A DNA stretch of 64,000 bases, taken from positions 136,002 to 200,001 of the forward strand of contig JAYNIM010000002.1 of NCBI GenBank assembly GCA_038109055.1, written 5' to 3'. The notes under the pieces were generated by a model. The model saw nothing but the letters and a program-made list of their open reading frames with translations, was not told the DNA's origin and ran no database searches. Origin of the DNA: a bacterium (lineage in GTDB: Bacteria > Margulisbacteria > Marinamargulisbacteria > GCA-2716485 > JAYNIM01). Positions 1 to 9,214 of the stretch are shown here, piece by piece. How positions within the stretch are numbered: the stretch's first letter is position 1; every line of letters begins with the position of its first letter. The position numbers were made by a program, and so were the translations under genes.

Positions 1-650
1 CGCTCATCCATGCTCATAGCCTGAATCGTAGATCCTCCATATTCATAGGCATATCCCAAACCACCCTTAACCCCTAATTCATGTATAATACGCAAAATAA
101 CATCTTTTGCATAAATACCCACACCCAACTCCCCATCCATCTGGATTTTTCGAACTTTTAAGCGATTTAAAGCCAATGTTTGAGTTTGCAGCACATAACT
201 CACTTCTGTACTTCCAATACCAAAGGCTAACGAACCAAAAGCCCCATGTGTAGACGTATGACTATCCCCACAAGCAATCGTCATACCCGGTCGAGTCAGT
301 CCCAATTCTGGGCCTACCACATGCACAATACCTTGTTTATGGGTACTAGGATCAAAAAACCGTATCCCAAAATCTCGCACATTTTGTTCCAAAGTTGAAA
401 CCATCAGTTCAGCCTGAGCATCTTCATAGGGTCGTGAGACATGTTTGGTAGGCACAATATGATCCACCGTCCCCACGGTACGATCTGGAAACGCAACTGG
501 CAATCCTTGTTCACGCAACTTCGCAAAGGCCTGAGGGGTCGTAACTTCATGAATCAAATGCAACCCAATAAACAACTGATCTTGGCCATTAGACAAGGTA
601 TCGACCCGATGCTTCTCCCAAACATGATCATATAATGTACGTTCAGACAT
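1..650 (-). CDS. leuC: 3-isopropylmalate dehydratase large subunit (5' part; runs off the window)
   Basis: Manual translation from ATG at 650: [14 protein letters not shown]...[12 protein letters not shown]...DHIVPT...[11 protein letters not shown]...[13 protein letters not shown], canonical LeuC motifs; absent from ORF track because it is truncated. Confidence 0.96.
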   Translation of the reverse strand, partial: MSERTLYDHVWEKHRVDTLSNGQDQLFIGLHLIHEVTTPQAFAKLREQGLPVAFPDRTVGTVDHIVPTKHVSRPYEDAQAELMVSTLEQNVRDFGIRFFDPSTHKQGIVHVVGPELGLTRPGMTIACGDSHTSTHGAFGSLAFGIGSTEVSYVLQTQTLALNRLKVRKIQMDGELGVGIYAKDVILRIIHELGVKGGLGYAYEYGGSTIQAMSMDE

Positions 651-779
651 AGCCCAAACAGCATAAATTCATCCACCCAGATCGTCAAGCTAAAAAAACA
701 GCAACATCATAGCATCTAAAGAAAAAATAAGCTTGACAAGCACGCTATACTATAGACAGTACTATTGTACAAGTTCTTT

Positions 780-1178
780 GGGGGTGTTCAGGCTTCGACG
801 AGGTTGAACGAATGATTAAGGCGCGTGTCGAGGAGCTGCCCGGCCTCGTAAAAAGGCAGAAAACAATAACTGCTAAATCAAACGTTAGTTATTTTAACGC
901 ACCAGCTGCGGCTGCTGCTTAAGCGTTACGCGTTAATTTACACGTAACCCATCTGCAAGGTATGATGGCCGCTTTGCAAGATGTACTCTGTCATCTGCCC
1001 TATCTTGGGTTATAACAAGTTTAGGAAAGCCTTTATAACTCGTGTTACAGTTGCGTGTTTCTTCGCAATTGTAGCATTAAAGGATTTATGCAAATAAATT
1101 CACAAAAGAAACTACACACGTAGTTGACTTAATTAATCGCAATTTCGGACACCGGTTCAATTCCGGTCACCTCCACCA
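780..1178 (+). ncRNA. ssrA: tmRNA; tag peptide (A)AKSNVSYFNAPAAAAA* at 872-922
   Basis: 5' GGGGGTG pairs with 3' CACCTCC-ACCA including G3:U wobble; TTCGAC motif near 5' end; T-arm ACCGGTTCAATTCCGGT; ATAACT-GCT resume context; Ala-rich tag. Confidence 0.96.
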
Positions 1179-1665
1179 GATTTCACTTTCGCTATATACT
1201 TCACCTAATTTCGTGCATAAATCACCCTCATTTAGAGGTTCTAACCTGTCATGAATATCTTTAATACTTGGCGCTAGCTTTTTCATTTGTTCAATTGGAT
1301 AAGTCGCTGTTATAGATAGCTTTCTATCTTTGAGAATGAGGTTCGAGCCAAGTGTTTGTAATATTTGCCTTTTGGTTTTCAAATCCCCATTTTCAAAGCT
1401 TTCTTAAGCTGAGTTTGCAAATGACAAAGTGTTCTCGGCTTTTTCTATCCAAGATTCAAAACGTCCGTGAGAATCATCCGACAATTCTTGCAAGCGACAT
1501 TTTTTCTTCAAATACGTTTCTTTTTTCTGAGCATATTCATCAGAAGAAAGCTCTTCTTACATACGCATATCCAATAATCGAGTCAATTTTCGATCACAAA
1601 GGTCGATGCCATATCGGTTGTGATACAGCTTTTTGAATTTAGAAACGGCTTGCTGAGTCAAAATT
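1167..1665 (-). pseudogene. Large serine recombinase, C-terminal remnant
   Basis: One frame reads RKLTRLLDMRM*EELSSDEYAQKKETYL...SA*ESFENGDLKTKRQILQTLGSNLILKDRKL...WWR*; in-frame TAA at 1557-1559 and 1404-1406; coiled-coil motif typical of large serine recombinases; catalytic domain missing. Confidence 0.7.
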
Positions 1666-1705
1666 GTTTATCCCATTTCGCTATACAATCAGCTTTTGAT
1701 ATATT

Positions 1706-1894
1706 TCAGACTGTCAGGCGAAGCTCTTGTTTCCAATATACTGTTACAGTATTTTAGAGCGAATCACTATTTTGAAATCTAAATTGTGACTGGCCTCCGG
1801 GTTCTTTTTTGATCTCATCTAATGTATATCCCATCGCAACCATCAAAGTGCTCAGATTGAGGTCATAGGTTTTAACGTATATATTTTGATTCAA
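1706..1894 (-). pseudogene. Small phage/satellite-type protein (DUF5659-like), interrupted
   Basis: AAGGAG RBS, TTG start; MNQNIYVKTYDLNLSTLMVAMGYTLDEIKKEPGGQSQFRFQNSDSL*NTVTVYWKQELRLTV*; internal TAA 1754-1756. Confidence 0.5.
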
Positions 1895-1969
1895 GTGTAT
1901 CGTTCTCCTTAATTATCATTTTTTTCTTGTGCGACTGATTGGCAAAAGCAATGATTTCAGAGTAATTAT

Positions 1970-2013
1970 ACTGAACCATGAACAGTAGTAGACTAAACCA
2001 TGAACTAAAGTAG
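1970..2013. repeat. Two imperfect tandem 22-bp direct repeats
   Basis: actgaaccatgaacagtagtag / actaaaccatgaactaaagtag. Confidence 0.8.
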
Positions 2014-2035
2014 GGCTTGGCTTATTTTGTGCTGA

Positions 2036-2689
2036 TTAAGATGTAAAATGATCTAGCAAGATCGGATATCTTAGACCAAAATGACCTGTTCTGCTTCCTT
2101 TGATCAATGAATAAAAGAGGAGGTGAATATGCTTTTTTCTTTCCCTTCGAGCCATAAAAACCTCTTTGATTGTATAAACCAGATTTAAGGCTTCCATTAT
2201 ATCTTCTTGGGATACAAGAGTGTAGCCTTTCTGAGTTTGTTAATAAAGATCGCGCAATACAGCTGCTTGATCGTCTGTAAAAGTATCTTCTTGCACCATC
2301 GTGATAGATTTAAAATTTTTAGAAATACCAAGTACACCTGTAATGAATGTGGGTGATTTTGATTTTGTAGGTGTAATATTTTCTGGAGCGTCTATACTTC
2401 GTTTCAACTTTAATAGGGTTTTTCGGTTGGCTTTGTCATATTTTATATATACCAAGGTAGGAACGTTTGTTTCCTTTTCACAAGACACATTCTCAAAAAC
2501 ACCCCATCATTCAATAACTGGACAGGGTATCTCTGTGTTTCCATATTGACTGGTTGTAATAGAAAACGATACCCTTGGGTCACCCAGATTAAGATCAACA
2601 TGATCAATATACTGATCAACAATCAGTTTAATCATATCTTTAGTTCCCGTACTCAGATCCTGTATTTCACGAACAAAATCGCTTGTCAT
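2036..2689 (-). pseudogene. Putative DNA-binding protein with C-terminal winged-helix-like region, two internal stops
   Basis: Track ORFs 2507-2689 and 2240-2488 are in the same frame, which continues past TAA 2240-2242 (QTQKGYTLVSQEDIMEAL...LIKGSRTGHFGLR) to TAA at 2036. Confidence 0.6.
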
Positions 2690-2813
2690 GACACCCTTTC
2701 ATATTCATTTATGTGCAGTGTTCTTTTATATGATAAATTTCAAAACTATGCTAGAATTTCGAACATGTTATTAAGCTTAAAATCAATTGAGATCTCTGAA
2801 GGTAAAAGTCTAT

Positions 2814-4217
2814 ATGTATTCAGAAAGTAAAATATCAGAATCAAGAAACAATCGTAAACATCCCCCAGTTTTAAAATGGGTAAATCATGCTTCTTATATT
2901 ATAAGTTGCAGATCCATTCACCTTATGACAGATCCATGGTTATTTGGTTCGGCATTTGATAACGGATGGGATTTATTGAGTAAATCAGAGTTTGATATCA
3001 AAGACTTTAACTCAATTACACATATTTGGTTCTCACATGAACACCCTGATCATTTTGCACCTCAAGTATTAGTTAAAATTCCAGAAGAAGTTAGAAGGAA
3101 AATAACCGTTTTATTCCAAGTCACCAAAGATAAGCGTGTTTATAAGTTTTTAAAAAAACTAAACTTTAATATTGTTGAATTAGACAACAGAAAGTCATAC
3201 AAATTAGATGAAGGAAATGTTGTTACCTGTGGCAAAATGAGAGGAATTGATTCCTGGCTGCTTCAAGAAATCAACGGCAAGAAAATCTTAAATATTAATG
3301 ATTGTGTAATTGATACTACTGAAAAGGCAAAATCAATACTAAACACTACAGGTGAGATTGATATTCTTCTCACCCAGTTTTCATACGCAAACTGGGTAGG
3401 TAATCCAGAAGATAAAAGTCTTCGAGAAATAGAGGCAAAGAAAAAGTTAGAGTGCATTCGTATGCAATGTGAGATTTTTAAACCCAAGAAAGTTATTCCA
3501 TTTGCAAGCTTTGTTTATTTTTCTCATAAGGAAAATAATTATCATAATGATCTAATAAACAAGATAAGCACTGTTGAAGACTACCTGAAAAGGAATTGTA
3601 AACCAGTTCCCATTATCTTGTATCCTGGGGATACTTGGGATTTACAATCCAAAATTATTAATGATCAAGCATTAATGCGTTATGAAAAAGATTATGATTT
3701 AACAAATGCTCAATTTCATCAATCTGATCCATCCATAGAAATATCAAGTTTGATTTCGATGAGCAAAAAATATATAGAAAATATAAAGAAAAAGAATAAT
3801 GGACTATTTTTATTAATGCTATTACCAAAAAAATATGGGATGAAAGAATTGAGTATATATATTTGTGATATTGATAAATATTGTATTTTTACTCTCAAAA
3901 ATGGCTTAAAAATAGTTGATAAATTAGAGTGTAGTGATATTACAATATGGAGTAGTAGTTTAGCCTATATATTTAAACATGAATGGGGTATTGGCTCTGT
4001 TTTAGTTAATGGAAGGTTTAGAGCAAGTAAATTTGGTCGACTAGCTTTTGATAGAATGTTCATGGCAAGTATATTTAATAGCACAGATATTTATATTACA
4101 TTTGGGTTTTTAATCAATAGGTTTTTAATAAAACTATTCAGAGTCAAAGATTTAACAACTGAAGAAGAAGTTAGTTATCATAAGGCTTGGAAGAGACTGA
4201 TAAAAAAAAGCGTTTGA
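2814..4217 (+). CDS. MBL-fold metallo-hydrolase resembling the non-Rieske part of CMP-Neu5Ac hydroxylase-like proteins
   Basis: NHAS, DPWLFGSAF, SHEHPDH metal motif, NINDC, PFAS motifs; ATG at 2814 preferred over TTG at 2787. Confidence 0.75.
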   Translation: MYSESKISESRNNRKHPPVLKWVNHASYIISCRSIHLMTDPWLFGSAFDNGWDLLSKSEFDIKDFNSITHIWFSHEHPDHFAPQVLVKIPEEVRRKITVLFQVTKDKRVYKFLKKLNFNIVELDNRKSYKLDEGNVVTCGKMRGIDSWLLQEINGKKILNINDCVIDTTEKAKSILNTTGEIDILLTQFSYANWVGNPEDKSLREIEAKKKLECIRMQCEIFKPKKVIPFASFVYFSHKENNYHNDLINKISTVEDYLKRNCKPVPIILYPGDTWDLQSKIINDQALMRYEKDYDLTNAQFHQSDPSIEISSLISMSKKYIENIKKKNNGLFLLMLLPKKYGMKELSIYICDIDKYCIFTLKNGLKIVDKLECSDITIWSSSLAYIFKHEWGIGSVLVNGRFRASKFGRLAFDRMFMASIFNSTDIYITFGFLINRFLIKLFRVKDLTTEEEVSYHKAWKRLIKKSV

Positions 4218-4283
4218 TTGTTAAGTGCTTATGTTACAAGTATTTTTAAAATCAATGAACTGATTTGAGTTATGCATAAAATA

Positions 4284-4313
4284 GGTTCAAACATCGTCCG
4301 CCCAACTCCACCA
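4284..4313 (+). repeat. Degenerate att-like copy of tmRNA 3' end
   Basis: GGTTCAA...CTCCACCA here versus GGTTCAA (1154-1160)...CTCCACCA (1171-1178) in ssrA. Confidence 0.5.
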
Positions 4314-4333
4314 ATAACAATTCGAGCCTACTA

Positions 4334-5848
4334 TTAAAAACTTTTCACAGTAAACGATATATTGCGTCGTATATCATCCCAAATAATCCCAAGCTTCACA
4401 CAATGAAAAACCCGCAAAACAGCTATTTCCAAACGACGAAGCGTCTCCGACTCAAGCTGATAATCCACATCAAAGGAAACAATATAACGCTTAAGAACTG
4501 TCTCCAAACTCATCCCTGCTTCATGTTCAGTAACCGCATAAACATCCTCAAATTGAAAAGCACTTTGCCCCCGATTCAACAACATATAAGAAAAACGAAA
4601 AACTGGAGACATAACAAAAGAATCCAATTTAATACTCACACCCCCTCTAACACGTTCCCAAGGGGCTTTATCTGAATAATGGTAATAATCATGTTTTAAA
4701 AAAGGCGTATAAAAAACACCCCCACGCTGAAATTTTCGTGAAACATAATGCCGTAAACGAAAAGTATCTAAAGAAAGATCCCCCTCTTCTCTACTCTCCA
4801 AAATTGATCCATAAGAAACGATACTTTCAAGCGAAATCTGTGAATAAAGAAAATGTTTAAATTGATTTTTCACCTTAAAAAAAGGCTGATAACTTACCCA
4901 TGAATCATGTAGTAAGATCCGTTCCTTATACATACTACTCAAGGTTTGAGTCGACACCGCTACACCTTGCAAGGTTAACGAAAGAACATGTAAGGGATTT
5001 AACACACGTAAAGGCTTCAAATTATAGACATGCTCAATACCATACCCACTGCGATGTTTGTGATAAAACTGCGAAACAAGGTTAAAAGATTGACGCTGAG
5101 ATAACACAACACGATGATCAAAACCAAACAAAAATCCAAGTCGATTGGTATACCCCAACGACATAAAACCCGAATTTTGCTTATTCAAAAAATAAGGAAC
5201 TTCTTGTCTAACATATCCCCCCTCTTGAACCGAACGTCCAACAACTGGAAATAAAGACCGATGTCCCAAACTTTGAGTTAGCGCACTAAAAAAAACAGGA
5301 AATGGCAAAGGAAAAGGAAGAAAAGAAAAATGAACACTATTACCCAAAGCAACCCCAATATTAAAACGAGGGTAAATATAAATTCGCTTAGACGATACCC
5401 AATAATGCTCATATCGAGAACATGAGCTAAAACGACCATCAAACATTGTTAAACTTTTTGAATCAACAAACACTTTTTTGCCCAACAAATGTAAGCGATC
5501 AGAACGAACGACCAAGGCATCTCCCCTCGCTTCATTACGAAAAGCATTATAAGAAAAACGTTTAAAATAAAGAGACACATTTTTGGTGGTATAAGACAGA
5601 TATTCTAAAAAATCGACTTGCCGTGCCTTTAGATCACATGAAATAGCCTCCGAAGAAACATCAAAGGGTACCCCGTTAGACTCAAAAGAAAGTAATGCCT
5701 TATCCCTAATATGCACAACCCCCATCTGCGAATCAATACTAATATAATTAGACGAAACGCTAAACTGCCAAATATCCTCAGCAAAAAGCTGAAAACCAGA
5801 AAAAAAGAAAACTAGAAAAAAGAAACAATTACGGAACAGGCTGAGCAT
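4334..5848 (-). CDS. LptD-like outer-membrane LPS assembly protein (divergent)
   Basis: Signal peptide, DGRFSSC..HYWVSSKRIYIYP and P.VG.S..EG.YV motifs, beta-strand pattern, terminal Phe. Confidence 0.6.
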   Translation of the reverse strand: MLSLFRNCFFFLVFFFSGFQLFAEDIWQFSVSSNYISIDSQMGVVHIRDKALLSFESNGVPFDVSSEAISCDLKARQVDFLEYLSYTTKNVSLYFKRFSYNAFRNEARGDALVVRSDRLHLLGKKVFVDSKSLTMFDGRFSSCSRYEHYWVSSKRIYIYPRFNIGVALGNSVHFSFLPFPLPFPVFFSALTQSLGHRSLFPVVGRSVQEGGYVRQEVPYFLNKQNSGFMSLGYTNRLGFLFGFDHRVVLSQRQSFNLVSQFYHKHRSGYGIEHVYNLKPLRVLNPLHVLSLTLQGVAVSTQTLSSMYKERILLHDSWVSYQPFFKVKNQFKHFLYSQISLESIVSYGSILESREEGDLSLDTFRLRHYVSRKFQRGGVFYTPFLKHDYYHYSDKAPWERVRGGVSIKLDSFVMSPVFRFSYMLLNRGQSAFQFEDVYAVTEHEAGMSLETVLKRYIVSFDVDYQLESETLRRLEIAVLRVFHCVKLGIIWDDIRRNISFTVKSF

Positions 5849-7172
5849 GCGGCGCTAACTGTTCAAAACGTGATGTGTCTTTTTTAAAAAACAAGCCTAC
5901 CTTACCCACAGGCCCATTTCGTTGCTTTGCAATAATCAATTGTACATTCGATTGCCCTGGCGTTAACTGCATTTCTTGTGGCGTTTCTTCACGATGGATA
6001 AAGGCCACCAAATCTGCTGTTTGCTCAATTTCACCCGATTCCCTCAAATCACTTAACAAAGGAAATTTATCTGGCCGTTTCTCAACATCACGACTCAACT
6101 GTGACAGTGCAATCACAGGCACTTGAGATTCTTTAGCAAAAGCCTTCACTTCACGAACAATGTCTGAAACCTCCTGATAACGACTTTCAACCCGCTTTTT
6201 CGAAGATCTCATCAATTGTAAATAATCAATTAAGACAAGCTTAATATCCGTCTCTTGCTGTAAGCGACGAAACTTGGCCTTCATTTCCAATGGCGATATA
6301 CCTGGCTTATCATCAATATAAATTGGGGCATCTGCCAAGGTACCCATGGCAATCACTAAATTTTTATACTCATGTTCCTTTAATTCAGCCGTACGTAACC
6401 TCGCAGAATCTAAACGTGACTCAGAACAAAGCATACGCAACGCTAACTGCTCCTTGGGCATTTCCAAACTAAAAATAGCCACAGGCATCTTATGCTGAAT
6501 CGCGGCATATCGAGCAAAATGCAATGCTAAACTTGTTTTTCCCATCGATGGTCGCGCAGCTAAAATAATTAAATCTCCCTTATTAAATCCCGAGGTCATT
6601 TTATCAAAATCCGAAAACCCTGTCGGAACCCCCAACATACCATCTTCCAAATCATAGGTACTTTGAATATCTTCAAAGACCGTATTTAAAACAGATTTAA
6701 TAGGCACAAAATCATCTTGAACCATCTCCCTAGACATATCCGTAACAACCTGTTGGGCACGATCTAAAACTTCTGTACTCTCCGCCATCTCATCAAACGC
6801 CATCCCCACGATCGTAGATCCCAAGGTAATAAGTTCACGTAAAAGATAGCGTTGAAAAACAATATCTGAATATTTTTCAGCATGCGCCGCAGTCGGAACA
6901 GCATCCGCCAATTCAACCAAGTAAGAACGCCCCCCTACTTCATCTAACTTTTGTCGTTTTTTAAGTTCGTCAGCAACGGTCACCAAATCAATAGGATCAT
7001 TATGTTTAAATAAATGCAACATCACCTCAAAAATAACGGCATGATTGGCATGATAAAAGAAGGCTGGTTTTACTTTAGCCGACAACAAGGCAAAGCTATC
7101 TTTAGAAAGAAAAAACGAGCCCAACAAACTTTGTTCAGAATCTGTCGAATGTGGAGGAATACGTTCTGCCAT
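5829..7172 (-). CDS. dnaB: Replicative DNA helicase
   Basis: PPHS N-terminus, AARPSMGKT, IDYLQLM, SDLRESGEIEQTAD, AKQRNGP. Confidence 0.98.
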   Translation of the reverse strand: MAERIPPHSTDSEQSLLGSFFLSKDSFALLSAKVKPAFFYHANHAVIFEVMLHLFKHNDPIDLVTVADELKKRQKLDEVGGRSYLVELADAVPTAAHAEKYSDIVFQRYLLRELITLGSTIVGMAFDEMAESTEVLDRAQQVVTDMSREMVQDDFVPIKSVLNTVFEDIQSTYDLEDGMLGVPTGFSDFDKMTSGFNKGDLIILAARPSMGKTSLALHFARYAAIQHKMPVAIFSLEMPKEQLALRMLCSESRLDSARLRTAELKEHEYKNLVIAMGTLADAPIYIDDKPGISPLEMKAKFRRLQQETDIKLVLIDYLQLMRSSKKRVESRYQEVSDIVREVKAFAKESQVPVIALSQLSRDVEKRPDKFPLLSDLRESGEIEQTADLVAFIHREETPQEMQLTPGQSNVQLIIAKQRNGPVGKVGLFFKKDTSRFEQLAPHAQPVP

Positions 7173-7255
7173 AATGAATAAATATCATAACAAAGTTAAG
7201 CTCGATAAAAAAGAAAAAATTATCAAATAATAAATACCCTGATACAATCCTACAG

Positions 7256-8278
7256 ATGAACATCGCATACGTAGGCTGTAGCTTTCAGCATTTTGCAGTG
7301 AAAGATCTAGAAAAACTCTATATATCTAAGCAAGATACCTCCCATTTTTATCACCACATCAAACAAACAACAAGCATCAAAAGCATCTGTCTACTGATGA
7401 CCTGTAATCGTGTTGAATTTTATTTTGAATCAGATCATTTAACTCACGCCAAAAAAGAGTTATTAACACTTATTTCAACATTTAAAAACATCCCAGAAAA
7501 AACAATCAACGATATGATCACATACAAAGAAAAATACACCGCTCTTGAACATCTATTCAAGGTTAGCTGTGGCATTAAATCTATGGTCTTTGGCGAAAAC
7601 GAAATTTTAAGCCAGGTCAAAAGCGCCTACGAACTATACAGGGCACAAAACCAAAATACTGCTCTTTTAAACAAAGTCTTTCAAAGTGCCATTGCCACTG
7701 GTAAACGTACCCGTACAGAGACTCAAATCAGCCAAGGGTCCTACTCCATAAGCTCCATTGCTATTGAAGCTGTACGTGAACGTTGCCTCGATTACTTCGC
7801 CCATAACATCCTCATCATCGGCGCTGGTATTATTGCCGAACGCCTCATCAAAAAATGGACCGCACTTGGGCATCCCAGTATCACAATCTGCAACAGAACA
7901 GCGACTAAAGCACTCAAATTAGCCCAAGCCTACCAACTCAAACACCTCCCTCCGGACGAGTTGAAAGAAAAAGTCAAAAACTATAGCATTATCTTTACCG
8001 CCACATCATCCAAGGATTTTATACTAAATGAAAAAAATTTCACCGACACGATCTCAAGCAAATACTTCTTAATAGATTTAGGTGTCCCCAGAAATATCAA
8101 CCCAAACGTTGATCATAATCCACTCCTATCTCGCCTGACCATTACCAATCTACAAGAAGTGGCAGATAAAAACATTCATCGGAGAAAAAAAGAACTTGAA
8201 AAATGTGAAACCATTATTAATGAAGAATTAGAAAAAGTAAAAAATTGGCTCAATTACAAACAGCAACACCCCGCGTAA
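7256..8278 (+). CDS. hemA: Glutamyl-tRNA reductase (short form)
   Basis: TCNRVEFY, SMVFGENEILSQVK, IGAG, DLGVPRNI. Confidence 0.95.
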   Translation: MNIAYVGCSFQHFAVKDLEKLYISKQDTSHFYHHIKQTTSIKSICLLMTCNRVEFYFESDHLTHAKKELLTLISTFKNIPEKTINDMITYKEKYTALEHLFKVSCGIKSMVFGENEILSQVKSAYELYRAQNQNTALLNKVFQSAIATGKRTRTETQISQGSYSISSIAIEAVRERCLDYFAHNILIIGAGIIAERLIKKWTALGHPSITICNRTATKALKLAQAYQLKHLPPDELKEKVKNYSIIFTATSSKDFILNEKNFTDTISSKYFLIDLGVPRNINPNVDHNPLLSRLTITNLQEVADKNIHRRKKELEKCETIINEELEKVKNWLNYKQQHPA

Positions 8279-8281
8279 ATC

Positions 8282-9214
8282 ATGCCTAAAAACTGTCAAA
8301 CAATTAAGATTGGCTGTCGCCCCTCTAAATTGGCCATCGCCCAAACAAAACAGGTTGAAGCTACAATCAATCAGCACTTTCCCTCAATTCAAACAAGCCT
8401 TCATACCTTCAAGACAGAGGGTGATCTAAACCAACATCAGCCTCTGTATGAACTAGGAGGCAAAAATATTTTTATCAAAACACTCGAAACACAACTGCTC
8501 AACAAAAAAGTTGATTTAGTCGTTCACAGCCTCAAAGATATCACCACCAAACTAGCCCCCTCCTTAGTACTTGCAGGCATAATCAAAGGTCCGTCGATAC
8601 GAGATTGCATTATTTTAAACCAAGTTCACAGATCCACAATCAAAACACTGTCCCAACTACCCAAAACAGCCAAAATAGGCACCTCCAGCTTACGCCGCAT
8701 CGCCCAATTAAAACAAATAAATCCCCAATTCACTATCATCCCCATGCGTGGCAACATCGATACTCGCATCAAAAAGCTTCACGACCAAAACCTAGACGCT
8801 ATTTTACTAGCAGAAGCAGGTCTAATACGCCTGGACATTGAAGATAACCATTATATCCCTTTAGATGAAAAAGTATTTATCCCTGCACCCAATCAAGGTC
8901 TACTAGGTTTAGAAATAAGAGAAACAGATCCCCACCTTGCGCAAATATGCCAAAGCTTAAGTGATACAACACAGAGCTTATTTGCAAACGCACAAATAGC
9001 CCTCATTTCATCCCTCAATTTGAACTGTAATCACCCCTTTGGCAGTTATATTGATGACAGCGAAGAACAACTTTTTTTCAATTATTTTCTAAGCAATACA
9101 ACGTTCACGCATCACAGCAAAGCACGCATCCCTGTCACCAAAAAATCCCTTGCAACTGACATGGATGACATCCAAAACACCCTCCAAAAAAAAAGGAATT
9201 CATGGCCAAAATAA
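8282..9214 (+). CDS. hemC: Hydroxymethylbilane synthase
   Basis: RPSKLAIAQ, VHSLKD, GTSSLRR, RGNIDTR, PAPNQG. Confidence 0.96.
   Translation: MPKNCQTIKIGCRPSKLAIAQTKQVEATINQHFPSIQTSLHTFKTEGDLNQHQPLYELGGKNIFIKTLETQLLNKKVDLVVHSLKDITTKLAPSLVLAGIIKGPSIRDCIILNQVHRSTIKTLSQLPKTAKIGTSSLRRIAQLKQINPQFTIIPMRGNIDTRIKKLHDQNLDAILLAEAGLIRLDIEDNHYIPLDEKVFIPAPNQGLLGLEIRETDPHLAQICQSLSDTTQSLFANAQIALISSLNLNCNHPFGSYIDDSEEQLFFNYFLSNTTFTHHSKARIPVTKKSLATDMDDIQNTLQKKRNSWPK

Larger units (their letters stand above)
1179..4313. mobile_element. Decayed integrative element at tmRNA 3' end
   Basis: Recombinase remnant abutting ssrA, further pseudogenes, weaker A/C skew than flanks (by eye), degenerate copy of the tmRNA 3' end at 4284-4313. 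Confidence 0.75.

Noticed and set aside
441..635. 64-aa + strand ORF
   Set aside because: Antisense shadow of leuC.
733..765. sigma70 promoter for ssrA
   Set aside because: TTGACA is present at 733, but no convincing -10 lies at 16-18 nt spacing.
1167..2689. In-frame stops as an alternative genetic code or programmed readthrough
   Set aside because: Stops are mixed TAA/TGA and confined to the island; core genes end normally at TAA, TAG and TGA.
5829..7172. Intein in DnaB
   Set aside because: Protein is normal length (447 aa) with contiguous motifs.
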